A stretch of DNA of 64,000 nucleotides from Clostridia bacterium (GCA_017513525.1 JAFXFC010000023.1:5373-69372), one strand, 5' to 3'. Shown: positions 10,899 through 22,800, counted from the first letter of the stretch. Translations and numbers: made by a program. Notes: a model not told the origin generated them from the letters alone.

Positions 10899-11546
10899 TT
10901 ATCTGACATCTTTTTCAACAGCAGGATATATTATTTCTTTAATAAGAACATTCATGCAGAACCAATTCTCAACCGAGGACACTTTTTCCTTCTCTGCTCC
11001 GTTTGAAGCTGCAACGCCGCTTATCTTACCGTCTGAATTAATAAGGTATACCCTTCTGATATCATCTACATCTCTTCCTGCTTCATCATTAAATTCAAAG
11101 ACATAATTTTGTCCTGACTCCGGAACAGCAAAAACCGCAACCAACAGCTGAGGCTCCAATCCCCTTTCATCACACACAATTCTAATATACTTGTTGTCTG
11201 ATGATTTATCGGTATACATATCACCGTTCTTTTCAGGCATTGTGATAGTAAGATCTATTTCTGTAACAGAGGACTCGCCGACAGTTTCGGAAGAAACGGT
11301 TTCTTTCTCCTGTACGGAAGTTGTTACTTCAGGTTGCGAAGGTATCTCTTCGGACACATCGGTTATTTGCGCTGTTGAAGCATTTTCAGTTTCTGACAGT
11401 TCTTCGCCTGATGCATATGAAGGATTAGCTTCAGTCGAAGTCTCGGGGCTCTCACTTATTGATTCCTCTTCCGAATTATCAAGAGCACATCCGCTCATTA
11501 TAAGAAGCAAGATAAAAAATATCACAGCAATTGATTTTCTCATCAC
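10899..11546 (-). CDS. Lipoprotein of unknown function
   Basis: N-terminus MMRKSIAVIFFILLLIMSGC has a signal sequence and lipobox Cys. A Ser/Glu/Thr-rich linker follows, then a roughly 110-aa C-terminal domain with no recognised family. Confidence 0.75.
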   Translation of the reverse strand: MMRKSIAVIFFILLLIMSGCALDNSEEESISESPETSTEANPSYASGEELSETENASTAQITDVSEEIPSQPEVTTSVQEKETVSSETVGESSVTEIDLTITMPEKNGDMYTDKSSDNKYIRIVCDERGLEPQLLVAVFAVPESGQNYVFEFNDEAGRDVDDIRRVYLINSDGKISGVAASNGAEKEKVSSVENWFCMNVLIKEIIYPAVEKDVR

Positions 11547-11661
11547 CGAAACTCCTTTAATAATTAATTACATTATATATAGCAAGTACCGTTTTATAAA
11601 AATTCAACCCGACAGATCATATCCATCGGGCAAAAAGTTATTTTCAAGAACAGCACATCAC

Positions 11662-11934
11662 TTATGCACCTGTTATTGTAGATAAAATTGAATTTACGGA
11701 ATCATCGGAAAGGATAGCCACTACACTCGACACCAACGATGAAATAATTGCAGAAATATCAGCAACGCTGATACCCGTCAATGCAGCAACTATACCTGTA
11801 AAAATATCCATAATACCGGAAAGAGAAGATGTATCACCCATCTGAATAGTTTCCAATACATTGTTAAAAGCATCGCTTATATATGATGAATCAAAACCGA
11901 GATTGGCAATAGTCTGTATTAATGTATCAAGCAT
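11662..11934 (-). CDS. Small Ser/Ile/Asp-rich hypothetical protein (90 aa from the RBS-supported start)
   Basis: The track ORF is 11662-12009. GGAGG lies 8 nt upstream of the internal ATG at 11934 (MLDTLIQTIANLGF...). No recognised family. Confidence 0.45.
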   Translation of the reverse strand: MLDTLIQTIANLGFDSSYISDAFNNVLETIQMGDTSSLSGIMDIFTGIVAALTGISVADISAIISSLVSSVVAILSDDSVNSILSTITGA

Positions 11935-12098
11935 ATATACAGCCTCCAGACAAATAAAAAACTCTTCAAATAAAAATATATCATAAACAAAACCGATTAT
12001 AATTCTCAAACAGAATTATAATCGGTTTTTGTTATATTTTTTGCCGATTTGTTAATATTTTTTGTATTTTTTCTTTACTTTTAACATTTTTGCCAAAT

Positions 12099-13289
12099 TT
12101 ACACATCCGACTGAGACGAAGTCTCAGTAACTTGTTCTGTCTCCTCGGAGTGTCTGTTTCTGAACAGAACAATAAGACCCGCATCATTAAACACTTTTAT
12201 GAGGATTACAATAAAAGGAAGAATAAAGAAACCTAATACACCTAATGTTTTTGATCCTACATACATGGCAATAATTGTAACGATAGAAGGAAGACCGACC
12301 TGTCCTGCGACGAGCTTTGGCTCAATTATTTGTCGGATAACAAGAATTATAACATAAATAATCAACAAGGCTATTCCAAGTCCGATTTTATTTGTGATAA
12401 ACGATATAACTGCCCAGGGGATCAATACTGTACCGGTGCCCAAAACAGGAATTATATCAATAATCGCAATTCCGAGAGCAATAAAAATAATATACTGATT
12501 GTCAAATAAGCCTATAAATTTCATGATATAAAGGCCTACCGTGAGCTCAAATGTCGTAATAAGAATAATAAGTGCATATGCCTTCAACATTTTCTTAAGC
12601 GACGACACACCAAGATGCCATGCAGTTGAAAGTTTTTCCATATGATGTGCGAATGCCTGTTTTACAAAAAATTCTTTTATTCTTTCATAGTCAGAGGATA
12701 TAAATACCGTTGATATCAGAAAAATAACAAAGGCAATAAGAAGAGAAGGTATTTTGCCTACGGTACCTGTAAGTACCTCTCCGCCCTTGCTCAGAAGAGC
12801 ACTCCAATCGATCATAGAAGTGTCAATAGAAATATTTTCAAAGCCGTTTTGAATTATATTATCAAAGAATAGAGTTACATTTTCATGTAAAACAGTTCTG
12901 ACAGACTCAGGCAAAAATGAAGTAAAATCAAGTATCCACAGCTTCAGGTCATTAAAAAGAATAGAAATATTTTGAAGCTGAGCCACAAGGTAATCATAAA
13001 ATCCGCTTATACGCTCAAACATCTCTATTCCGATAAGAAAGAATATTGCCGCTATGGCAACTAAAAGCAAAACAACAGCGGAGGCACTGAGCAGCGACCG
13101 CTTCAAAGGCGTTTTCTTTGTTATTGCCGTAATAGGACGGTTTATAATACTTGCTGTAATAAAAGCAAAAATAAAAGGCAGGAACAGAGGAAGAAGCCAC
13201 TTAAAAGCACAGTAAAATGCAGCCAACAACAATGCAAAATATAAAACATTAATTATTGTAGCCCTTCTTTTTTCTACAACAACACTCAT
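12099..13289 (-). CDS. AI-2E/PerM-family integral membrane protein, YtvI-like (sporulation integral membrane protein)
   Basis: 396 aa and polytopic. The C-terminal half (GLGIALLIIYVIILVIRQIIEPKLVAGQVGLPSIVTIIAMYVG) is typical of AI-2E/UPF0118 permeases. Confidence 0.7.
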   Translation of the reverse strand: MSVVVEKRRATIINVLYFALLLAAFYCAFKWLLPLFLPFIFAFITASIINRPITAITKKTPLKRSLLSASAVVLLLVAIAAIFFLIGIEMFERISGFYDYLVAQLQNISILFNDLKLWILDFTSFLPESVRTVLHENVTLFFDNIIQNGFENISIDTSMIDWSALLSKGGEVLTGTVGKIPSLLIAFVIFLISTVFISSDYERIKEFFVKQAFAHHMEKLSTAWHLGVSSLKKMLKAYALIILITTFELTVGLYIMKFIGLFDNQYIIFIALGIAIIDIIPVLGTGTVLIPWAVISFITNKIGLGIALLIIYVIILVIRQIIEPKLVAGQVGLPSIVTIIAMYVGSKTLGVLGFFILPFIVILIKVFNDAGLIVLFRNRHSEETEQVTETSSQSDV

Positions 13290-13414
13290 CAGAACACCTC
13301 AAAAATCAATATCACAACAAATTGTTTTTTTCTAATTATTATAATACTCCAAAATCTTAAAATAAACAATAAAATATTATAAAAAATACATTTATTTTTT
13401 AAATAAAAAAACTG

Positions 13415-13444
13415 TTGACAGGAAGCGGTCGCCTATTATATAAT
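13415..13444 (+). promoter_or_regulatory. Putative sigma-A promoter of rpmH
   Basis: TTGACA (13415-13420), an 18-nt spacer, then TATAAT (13439-13444), about 100 nt upstream of rpmH. Confidence 0.5.
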
Positions 13445-13545
13445 GTTTAACTGTAGAAACAGGGGCATATTGCGCCTTTTTTCGAGAATACAGCGTTTTT
13501 CCGTTACTTAGCTGTTAAAGAAGAAAAGAATGGAGGGGTTCTCAG

Positions 13546-13680
13546 ATGAAAAGAACATATCAGCCTAAAAAGCGTCAGCGTAAGATGGAGCACGGCTTCC
13601 GCAAGAGAATGGCAGACAGAAACGGCCGCAAGGTTCTTGCCCGCCGCAGAGCAAAGGGCAGAAAGCAGCTTTCTTACTAA
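13546..13680 (+). CDS. rpmH: 50S ribosomal protein L34 (bL34)
   Basis: 44-aa ORF below the track cutoff: [49 protein letters not shown] lies upstream. Confidence 0.96.
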   Translation: MKRTYQPKKRQRKMEHGFRKRMADRNGRKVLARRRAKGRKQLSY

Positions 13681-13706
13681 TTGATAGCTGAAAGGATTCG
13701 TGGAAA

Positions 13707-14060
13707 TTGTCCCGATTCGTAACACTTAATTCCAACACTGATTTCCGCAGAGCATATGCTCGTGGAAAAGTATACACAAATCCTGCGTTGGTTACTTATG
13801 TAATAAAAAACCGCGCGGGAATTTGTCGTATTGGAATAACAACAAGCAAAAAAATCGGCAACGCAGTTCAGAGAAACCGTGCAAGACGTGTTATCAGAGA
13901 GGCTTTCCTTTCAATGACACCGATTCAAGGTGGCTTTGATATTGTTTTTGTTGCCCGAACAAAAACGGTCCACAAAAAAAGTACGGATATAAGCGCTATC
14001 ATGCGCAAACATTTAATATCGGCAGGTGTAATAAAGGATGCTAAGGAAAGCGGCACTTAA
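13707..14060 (+). CDS. rnpA: Ribonuclease P protein component
   Basis: 117 aa with a TTG start. Contains FRRAYARGK and [17 protein letters not shown]. Follows rpmH. Confidence 0.93.
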   Translation: MSRFVTLNSNTDFRRAYARGKVYTNPALVTYVIKNRAGICRIGITTSKKIGNAVQRNRARRVIREAFLSMTPIQGGFDIVFVARTKTVHKKSTDISAIMRKHLISAGVIKDAKESGT

Positions 14061-14277
14061 ATTAATTCGCTTTTATCAACGTTGCATTTCTCCGCTTTTT
14101 CCACCCGTATGCAGATACTATCCTACCTGTTCCCATTATACATTTGAAGCCATTGACCGTTACGGCTTCTTTCTCGGCGGTGCCATGGGAGCGCTGCGAA
14201 TCTTAAAATGCAACCCACTGTTTCCCGGTGGTGTTGATCCCGTCCCGGACTTGAAAATTAAAAGAAAGAAAAAATAA
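14038..14277 (+). CDS. yidD: Membrane protein insertion efficiency factor YidD
   Basis: 79 aa with [23 protein letters not shown]. Overlaps the rnpA 3' end. Confidence 0.93.
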   Translation: MLRKAALKLIRFYQRCISPLFPPVCRYYPTCSHYTFEAIDRYGFFLGGAMGALRILKCNPLFPGGVDPVPDLKIKRKKK

Positions 14278-14291
14278 TTCGGAGGTTTTTA

Positions 14292-15302
14292 ATGGGAGGT
14301 CTCAGAGATGTATTAGCCGTGCCTTTCGGATTTATACTCAGTGTGCTTTATGAATTCACGGATAACTACTTACTTTCACTTATCCTTATCACACTGGTTA
14401 TAAGACTTTTGCTTTTACCGCAGGCTGTAAAGCAGCAAAAGAATTCCGCAAAGCAAATGCGACTTCAGGCTAAAATTAATAAAATCAGAGCTAAATACTC
14501 AACTCTCAATCCGAGAGAAGCGCAAATGAAAATTTCCGAGGAAACGCAGGAGCTCTATAGACGTGAAGGCTTCAATGCAAGCACTGCAGGATGTCTTCCA
14601 ATGATTCTTCAGCTCCTTGTTATGTTGGGACTTTACGGAGCTATATACTCCCCTCTTTCACTTGTATTAAGACTTGAAGAATCTGTGATGGCAGAGATAA
14701 AAACAGTTTATAATGCTTTTATCAACGCTCTTCCTGCAGACAGCATAACTGCTAACATGAAGAGTGACTATTATCTTGAATTGAACGCTCTTAACCGTTT
14801 TTCACAGTTCAAGGATCAGCTTAATCCCGAAATCATATCAGAAGAAGTTATTGCAAGAATTGAAAATTTCATAACAAACTTCCAGATCTTCGGCATTGAC
14901 CTTACTGATGCTCCTTCACAGTTCAGAGAATTAGGATATGTACTTATACTTATTCCCGTTCTTGCAGGCGTTACTGCTATGTTCACAAGTGTTTATATGT
15001 ATTTGAAGCAGAGAAAGACAAATCCTGAAATGGCAAAAAATCCTGCTATGGGCTGTATGACTTTTATGTCACCCGTAATGTCAATCATGTTCTCTTACAA
15101 CCTGCCCGCAGGTATCGGTTTCTACTGGATCATTACAAACATTCTTTCATTTATTCAGACCGTCGGTCTTGCACTCACAATAAAGCCTGATGCTATAATC
15201 GCCGGACAGATGATAGATGAAACCGTGCAAAGACGTTCGAGAGAACAAAATGTAAAAATCAAAGCAGAGCTTATGAAAAAACACGAAGAATCAAACGAAT
15301 AA
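14292..15302 (+). CDS. yidC: Membrane protein insertase YidC/SpoIIIJ family
   Basis: 336 aa and multi-TM, with the LLLLPQAVKQQKNSAKQMRLQ motif. Its position is conserved in the rnpA-yidD-yidC-jag order. Confidence 0.9.
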   Translation: MGGLRDVLAVPFGFILSVLYEFTDNYLLSLILITLVIRLLLLPQAVKQQKNSAKQMRLQAKINKIRAKYSTLNPREAQMKISEETQELYRREGFNASTAGCLPMILQLLVMLGLYGAIYSPLSLVLRLEESVMAEIKTVYNAFINALPADSITANMKSDYYLELNALNRFSQFKDQLNPEIISEEVIARIENFITNFQIFGIDLTDAPSQFRELGYVLILIPVLAGVTAMFTSVYMYLKQRKTNPEMAKNPAMGCMTFMSPVMSIMFSYNLPAGIGFYWIITNILSFIQTVGLALTIKPDAIIAGQMIDETVQRRSREQNVKIKAELMKKHEESNE

Positions 15303-15362
15303 TCTGAAAATAATGCTGTATTTATTTACAGCCGCACATATTTAGAAAGGATTTCGTTATCA

Positions 15363-16439
15363 ATGATAATCGAGAAAATCGGCACAGGTAACAGCATTGC
15401 TGAAGCCTATGAAAATGCCAAAGTATTATTGGCAGCACCCGAAGACGCGGAACTTCATCAGGAAATAATTCAGGATGTAAAGAAAAAGCTCTTCGGACTG
15501 AAAACTGAACCTGCAAAGGTCAGAGTATGGTATGAAATTCCCGACGCTCCCGTAAGGGAAGAAAAACCTGCAAAACCCGTTCAAAAAACAAAGAAACCCG
15601 TGGAGCAAAAACCCGGCCCCAAAGCTCATTCAGAAAAAACCTCAATCAAGGAAACACCTAAGAATGCAGCACCTAAAGCCAACGCGGTAAAAGAAGAAGT
15701 TCTCAAGGCAGTTAAAGCTGATACCGCTAAAGATGAAGCTTCCAAAACAAAAGTTGTGCCCAACATGATCAAAGAAGAAATCAACGAAAATGACAGCGCA
15801 GCTAATTACCTTAAAATGATTATTGAGGGTATAGGCATCACAGATTACTCTCTTTCACTTGCAAAAGCAGAAGACTCCAATGAATATGTTTATACTATAG
15901 AGTGTGAAGAAGACGGTACTCTTATAGGAAGAAGAGGCGAAACTCTTGACTCCATTCAGTACCTCCTCAGACTTTCCATTAATAAAGGTATAGACGATGA
16001 CAAGCACCGTAAGATATCCGTTAATATCGGCAATTACAGAGAAAAGAGAATAGATAATTTAAGAGCTCTTGCTCACAGAAGCGCAAAACAGGTTCTTAAA
16101 TACGGCAGAAATGTTGTTCTTGATCCCATGAACCCTTATGAGCGCAGAATTATACACACTGCTATTCAAGAAATTGATGGTGTTACTTCTCATTCAACAG
16201 GTGTAGATGCCGGCAGAAAGGTTGTTATTTCTCTTGAAGAAGGCGTTCAGCCTACACATCCCTCAAAGGGCGGATACAACAACCGCGGTCCTCGCAGAGA
16301 TAACCGCAGAGGCGGCGGGAAAGGCTCATATCAGAAGAAAGAAGCCTATCAGCCTGAAAAGACAAGAGAACCCAGAAAAGATGCTGCAGGTTCCCTTTAC
16401 GGCAAAATAGAAATACCAAAGAAAACAGTAGAAGAATAA
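15363..16439 (+). CDS. jag: Jag/KhpB RNA-binding protein (KH plus R3H domains) with a long Lys/Pro/Glu-rich linker
   Basis: 358 aa. The C-terminal half has GRRGETLDSIQYLL (KH) and MNPYERRIIHTAIQE (R3H). Follows yidC. Confidence 0.9.
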   Translation: MIIEKIGTGNSIAEAYENAKVLLAAPEDAELHQEIIQDVKKKLFGLKTEPAKVRVWYEIPDAPVREEKPAKPVQKTKKPVEQKPGPKAHSEKTSIKETPKNAAPKANAVKEEVLKAVKADTAKDEASKTKVVPNMIKEEINENDSAANYLKMIIEGIGITDYSLSLAKAEDSNEYVYTIECEEDGTLIGRRGETLDSIQYLLRLSINKGIDDDKHRKISVNIGNYREKRIDNLRALAHRSAKQVLKYGRNVVLDPMNPYERRIIHTAIQEIDGVTSHSTGVDAGRKVVISLEEGVQPTHPSKGGYNNRGPRRDNRRGGGKGSYQKKEAYQPEKTREPRKDAAGSLYGKIEIPKKTVEE

Positions 16440-16454
16440 TTATATCTTCATAAT

Positions 16455-16490
16455 CAAGGCCACCGGTCAAACGGTGGTCTTGATTTTTTT
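16455..16490 (+). terminator. Rho-independent terminator of jag
   Basis: CAAGGCCACCG gtcaaa CGGTGGTCTTG followed by a T-run. Confidence 0.8.
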
Positions 16491-16542
16491 ATAAATAAAA
16501 ATCATAATTTAGCTGTTATATGCCGAGAGGCACTTGCTTCTT

Positions 16543-16698
16543 GTAGGGGAGGGGTCTCCCCTCCCGTTGCAAATGAGTTGTAACTTTAAAATATTTTTTG
16601 TTTTATAAATATAAGCATTTACTTTTACTTCCCCATAAACAATCTTTATATAATCAATTATCTTCTCCCACTTACGGGAGGGGGAACCCCTCCCCTAC
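16543..16698. repeat. Inverted pair of 25-nt G/C-rich palindromic hairpin elements flanking about 105 bp of AT-rich DNA (REP/PATE/MITE-like)
   Basis: The two elements are GTAGGGGAGGGGTCTCCCCTCCCGT (16543-16567) and ACGGGAGGGGGAACCCCTCCCCTAC (16674-16698). The second is the near reverse complement of the first. Each is itself a GGGGAGGGG/CCCCTCCCC hairpin. Confidence 0.6.
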
Positions 16699-16797
16699 AA
16701 ATTGTTGATTTATTTTGTGCCTTTTGGGTATTAAAAATTAACAGTCTTTTCGACAGATAAATTATTTTTTTTGCAACTTCTTTTTTGCTTCATACTT

Positions 16798-16840
16798 CAA
16801 AAAAATACCCCTCTGCACCGAAGTGCAGAGGGGATTTTTA
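16798..16840 (-). terminator. Rho-independent terminator of the giant gene (hairpin usable in both directions)
   Basis: CCCCTCTGCAC cgaa GTGCAGAGGGG, flanked by an A-run on the left and a T-run on the right. It lies 40 nt beyond the stop at 16878. Confidence 0.8.
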
Positions 16841-16877
16841 GTTAGTTATTGAAAATAACTCTTAGTTCAAGAAATTC

Positions 16878-19800
16878 TTATGAGAAGAGATTTCTGAAGA
16901 AATCAGCTATCTTCTGGAAGAAGTCCTTGATTGCCTGGAAGAACTTCATTAAGCCGTTCTGAGCAACACCTTCGGAACCGATGATATCGCCATTCTGGAA
17001 GTTATCAAGAAGTCCGCCGAGAGAAGCACCGATATTCTTAATGAAATCAAGATCACTTGTAGCGAAGAGGTTGCCGAGGAAGGTATAGTCGTCATTCAAT
17101 TCGCCCATGAAATCTTCAGTTTCGTGAACTGCTACGTTAGCAGTATAGAATATCTGGTATACGGTGTAGAGGATTGCATCCATACCGTCTTCAGTTGCAG
17201 CCATCTGTGAGAAGTTCTCAAGAAGAGAGGTAAGGAAGATGTAACCTTCTTCGCTGAGACTATCTGCAAGAAGAACTTCAAGAGCTTCAACATTTTCGGG
17301 AATTGATACGAAGTTAAGAACAAGACGAAGAATTATTGTAACAAAGTCAATCTGATCTGCGCCGGTTGCTAACTTCATTGTGTAAGCTGTATCACCGTTC
17401 TTTGACTCGAAGGATACGATTGTTCCCATTGTAAGCTCATTGAGAGCATTCATAGCAACTGCCTTAAGTTCAAGGCCTGTGCCTTCTGTTACAAGACCAA
17501 GAAGCATATCAACGAGTGCATCGAATGAACCTAAATCAGCACTGTCAATACCAACAAGTTCATAAAGATCAACATCAACGAGAGGCTCGAGGTTTGCAAG
17601 AACTGTGAATACTGCTCTGAGAGCGTTATTAAGAACTGTATTAACACCGTTGGAGTTAATGAAGTAAATAAGTCCGGGAAGAGTTTCAAGTAATCCTGCA
17701 ACAGGATCAGCAAGAATTGCATCAATCTTGTTAAGAAGAGGATTGAGGATGTTGAGGAGAAGTCCGTCTGTATCTGCTGCATATTCTGCAGGAGTGAGAA
17801 CGCCTTCACAGCCGAGTGCTTCAAGTAACGGAATGATACCGTAAGCATAGCCGTCTGCACCTTCAATAACTACATAGTTTTCGCCTTCGATATCGCTGAA
17901 GAATGCAAGATCCTTACTTGTAAAGAGCCATTCAAGAATGGGATTTACGGGCTTGAGCATTTCAACAAGCTGAGCTACGAATGCATCACGATCACCTGTT
18001 GCGATTTCTGCTACTGTGTAGTTATCCCAAACAGTTACATCAACGCCGAGTGAAGCATTAAGTATTGCTGCTGCCTGTGCGAACAAGTCGTCACCAAGAA
18101 GTTCCTTGAGCTGACCTACAAGACCCTTAAGAGTATCAGCGAGAGCAACAAGATTGTCTGTTGTGTAAATGGAAGTACCGATAAGATCGTTGAGAAGTCC
18201 TTCGATGCTTTCTACATTTTCACCGTTAGCATTCTGATATCCGATAAGTGTAATTGTTGTATCAATGAATTCAGGTAACCACTTATTGATATATTCAGCC
18301 TGTTCTCTTGTGTAGAGATCGCCGTAAACATAGTCATAAAGTGCATTGTCAGCTACAACAGGAGAAATTACTTCGCCTGTATCAGCTTTATCAGTGTACT
18401 GCCAGCTGAATTCAAGAACATCAACTACCTTCTTGTCTGCATCAGCAAGATATCTCATGAGAACTGTGTAGACATCATCGCCTATAAGTTCCTTAACCTT
18501 AGCTGCGTTAGCTTCAGAAGTGAATACATCAGCAACGAGAGAGATAAGAACTGTTATAAAGTCAATTCTTGTTTCTTCTTCTGTGTAAACCATAGTGTAA
18601 GCAGGTAATCCGTTTGCAGATGTTTCCTTTTCAAGCTTACCGATATAGAAGCCTGTAAGGAAATTCTGAAGTTCTGCAGGAACAACGATTCCAAGCTGTT
18701 CTTCAAGAATCGCGAATACTGCTGCTAAATCAAGATTTGTAATATCAATGCCTTCGATAAGTGTTGCAAAGTCAACGCTTAAGCCCATAGGTTCAAGAGT
18801 ATCAAGGATAAACTGAACGGGAGCAAGGAGGTTATTAACAACAACCTTAAGACCGCCTGCATTGATGAAATAGATAAGGTTGGGAAGAAGATCAAATGCT
18901 TCAGTAACTGTTACGGAAGTATTATCTTCATTTACACCGTTGCAGATATAAGCAATTCTTTCAGTAAGCTTACCAAAGATGCTTGTAACTGCCTTTGTCA
19001 TATCAAGAACGCCATTTACATAGAAGGTTTCAGCATTTTCTGCTTCTACGCCGAATGCCTCAAGGAGAGGAACAAGAGCATAGTTATAGCCTTCGCCGCC
19101 CTTGATTGTGATAATAACATTATTATCAACACCTGTGAAGAATTCGAAATCTTCACCGAAGAGGAGCCATGCAAGAAGTCTGTTTGCGGGAGCAAGTGCT
19201 TCTGCAAATGCATTTACAAATGCTACTCTCTTAGCTTCTGCTGTTTCAGCAGCATCAATGCCCCAGTCATATTCACATGTAACTGTGCCATCTTCAGCTA
19301 TATCGCAGTAATCATCGAACCAAGCTGCAAGTCCTTCTGCACCGATTACAGCGCCTGCACCCTTAATGATATCTTCATATTCTACAAGGAAGCCGACTGC
19401 CATTTTGATAAGACTGTTAAGGATACTATCCTGATAAAGTCCACCAACAATAGCATCTTCGAGAAGCTGACCGAGGTCTGCGTCTGCACCCTTTACAAGT
19501 GCCATTACACCGTCAACGATTGCTTCAAGATTTTCATCAAGTACTGCTGCAACATCTTCATTCCAGTTGTTCTGGTACTTGGTGTAGTTAGAGAATATAT
19601 CGCCTTCTACACGAGCAGGAAGCTTGCCGTCTGCGGGTACTGTATTATCGTCATACATGTAGCCCCAGTTGAGGTTGGAGTATACGAAATCATTTTCATA
19701 GCCCTTCATAAGGGTAAGTATTGCATCGTATACGGCTTCGTCTTTAATAATACCTGCGAAGAGAGCTTCATTGCTCTTGAATACTTCAAGTGCAAGTGTG

Positions 19801-22800
19801 AGGATTATTGTAAGAACATCGTGTTCATAGTCAGTAACATCAACTCTGAATGCCTGCTTGCCGTTTGCTGCTGTAAATTCAGCAGGTACACCAACAGCGA
19901 GTGTCTTTACTACATCCTTAAGTGCATCTGAAAGAACTACACCGTTTGCTTCAGCAAGATCAAGAAGTGCATCAGTTGTAATGTTAAGAATATCAAAGCC
20001 TTCAACAAGTCCGCCAAGAAGGCCTTCGAGTGAAAGGTCTGCATCAATAGCAGGATCAAGAGTATCAAGGATAACCTTTGCGGGAGCAAGAAGGTTATTT
20101 ACAGCCGTCTTAGCGCCGCCTGCATTGATGAAGTAGATAAGGTTGGGAAGAAGCTCAAATACCTTAGCTACTAAGCTGTCTGCAGCTGCAAGTTCATCAA
20201 CAAATGCCAATGCCTTTGCAAGAATATCTACTATAGCATCTGTTACATTTGCATATGCTCTTGCGGGTGCCATTTCTAAGCCGAGAGCTTCGAAGATAGG
20301 TGCAAGACCGTATGCATAGCCTTCGCCGCCGTTAAGAGTGATGAGAGTTTCACCTGTGGAGCTGCTGAGGAATTCATACTTGCCGCCGAAGAAGAGCCAG
20401 TTAAGAAGCGGGTTAGCGGGTTCAAGAACTGTAATGATAGCATTAATGAAAGCTGTTTCTTTATCTTCTGCTTCATCAATACCCCAGTCATATTCGCAGA
20501 TGTAATTTTCTTCTGCATCTGTTCCGGTGATGTAATTATAGAACCATCCGTCAAGCTCAACACCGAGAACTGCATCAACATTTTTAATTATATCTTCAAA
20601 GTCTTTAACTGCGTTTACAATAAGACTGATTACAGAGTTTACAACTGCATCTGAGTAAACATTATCTTCAAGAATGCCGTTTACAAGAGTTGCAACATTC
20701 TTACCCTTAAGACTGTCTACAGAATCAAATACCATTGCGAGTATGTCATCAAGAGCAGAATATACTCCGGTAGCTGCAGCGTCTGTCCAGTCTTTGCTGT
20801 AACCGAGCTTATTAATTGTCGGTTCGCCGAAGCCTTCAGCTCTGAGCTTTTCAATTGCTGCATTTATGTCTGTAGCTTCATCCTCATACATATAACCCCA
20901 ATGGATTTCAGAGAATGTAACCTCAAGACCGCCAACAAGTGTTACTATTGCATCGTAAAGCTTTTCGTCAAGAAGACCGCCAAAGAGCTCTTTGTTGGTT
21001 GTGAATAACTCTACTGCAAGGCTGAGAACTATTGTAAGAACATCATGTTCATAGCCTTCAACATTGAGTCTGTAAGCATAATCACCGTTTACAGATGTGA
21101 ATTTTTCAAGCTTACCAACATAGAGATTCTTAACGATATTAAGCATCTCATCTGAAAGTGTAAGACCTGCATCAGCACCAAGGCCGAGGAGTTCTTCTGT
21201 TGTGAGATTTGTAATATCAATGGGAAGAGTTCCGTCAGGAATAAGATCTGTAATGGAAGCAGGAATATCTTCTGATATAGCTGCAACCTTTTCAAGAATT
21301 CCATTTACGGGAGCAAGGATATTGTTTACACTTGCCTTAATACCGTCAACATTGAGGAAGTAAATAAGGTTGGGAAGAAGATCGAATACCTTAGCTACTG
21401 TGCTTTCGGCTGTTGCGAGGCTATCGACAAGGCCTAATACAGCATTAAGTATATCAGCTACTGCAGCAACTGCATCATACTCTCCGTTTACGAGGTATGC
21501 AGAAGCAGGCTTCATTGTTAAGCCGAGAGCTTCGAATATGGGTACAAGACCCTTTGCATAGCCTTCGCCACCGTTAAGAGTGATAAGGCTCTTATAAGTG
21601 TAATTGCCGTTAGCATCAACTTCAGAATCTGTGAAGAATTCATAGCTGTCGCCGAAGAAGAGGAATGCAAGAAGTCTGTTTGCGGGAGCAAGAGCTTCCT
21701 TAAGAGCGTCTACAAATGCTTCGCCCTTATCTTCTGCTTCGTCTACGCCCCAAGCCTTTGTGCATTCATATTTGCCTGTTTCTTCATTGAGAGTGCAGAA
21801 TGTGAACCATGTTGCAATATCTGTATCAAGTACAACATCAACAGTTTCAAAGAGAGAAGCGTCGAGGCCTGCAAGAAGATTTACAACAGCTTCAATAAGA
21901 GTATTAAGTATCTCATCTGAATATACCTTTTCTTCAAGCATGCCGTTGATAAATGCTGCTATTGTTTCATTTTCACCGAGAAGTGAAGGAAGAAGAAGAT
22001 TAAGAATTTCATCAAGTGAAGCATAAACACCCTTTGCTGCATCTTCTGTCCAGTCATTTGCATAACTGAGATATTCAATTGAGGGCTTAGCATCAACTGT
22101 CAGATAAAGGTCAGGATCAGCATTTTCAGCGTTAAATTCAATTGTGAAAATCTTATCCCAGTCGGGCTGGTCATATTCGTAAACGACGACGCCGATAAGT
22201 TCAAGAACTGCATTAACGATATTTCCAATCTGGTCGTTCTCTGTCTTTTCTGCAATATAGCCGAAGATAGCATCTGCATTTGTCTTGGTAGTATCAGCTG
22301 CGGGCTGACCAAGAGCATCAATAAGAGATGAAAGGATAATTGTGAGTGCGTCTGCAGCATCTACATCAGCATTGCAAAGACCCTTAAGACCTATTGTTGC
22401 AAATGAGCTGTGAACAAGATCAGAGCCAAACATTGCGTCAACAATACCGAGAACTTTTGTAAGAGTGAGATTGTCGATTGTAACTGTAACAGTTATATCG
22501 TCATTACCTTCATAGGTTCCGAGAACAAGACCGAGAACCTTATCCATATCAAGTTCGTTTCCTGCTACGAGGTCAGAAACGATTACTGAAAGAATTGTAT
22601 TTACATCTACATTGATAAGAGGTCTTACTGTATCAACGAGAGCAAGTACGGGAAGAAGAAGGTTATGAAGAAGAACTGAAAGACCGTTGCTTTCGATGTA
22701 GCGAATGAGATTAGTAATAAGATTAATTGCTGTTTCAACAAGTGCGTCGGATGCAAGAGTTGCATCAAGCCATGTAAATACAGCATTAATTACGCTGTTA

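Noticed and set aside
13290-13545. Possible oriC/DUE upstream of rpmH, a very AT-rich stretch
   Set aside because: I found no TTATCCACA/TGTGGATAA boxes by eye. The only near match, GTATCCACA, lies inside the ytvI-like gene. There is no dnaA nearby.
16546-16684. G-quadruplex formation by the GGGGAGGGG tracts
   Set aside because: Only two G-tracts occur per site, and each is directly complemented by CCCCTCCCC 3 nt away. A duplex hairpin is far more likely.
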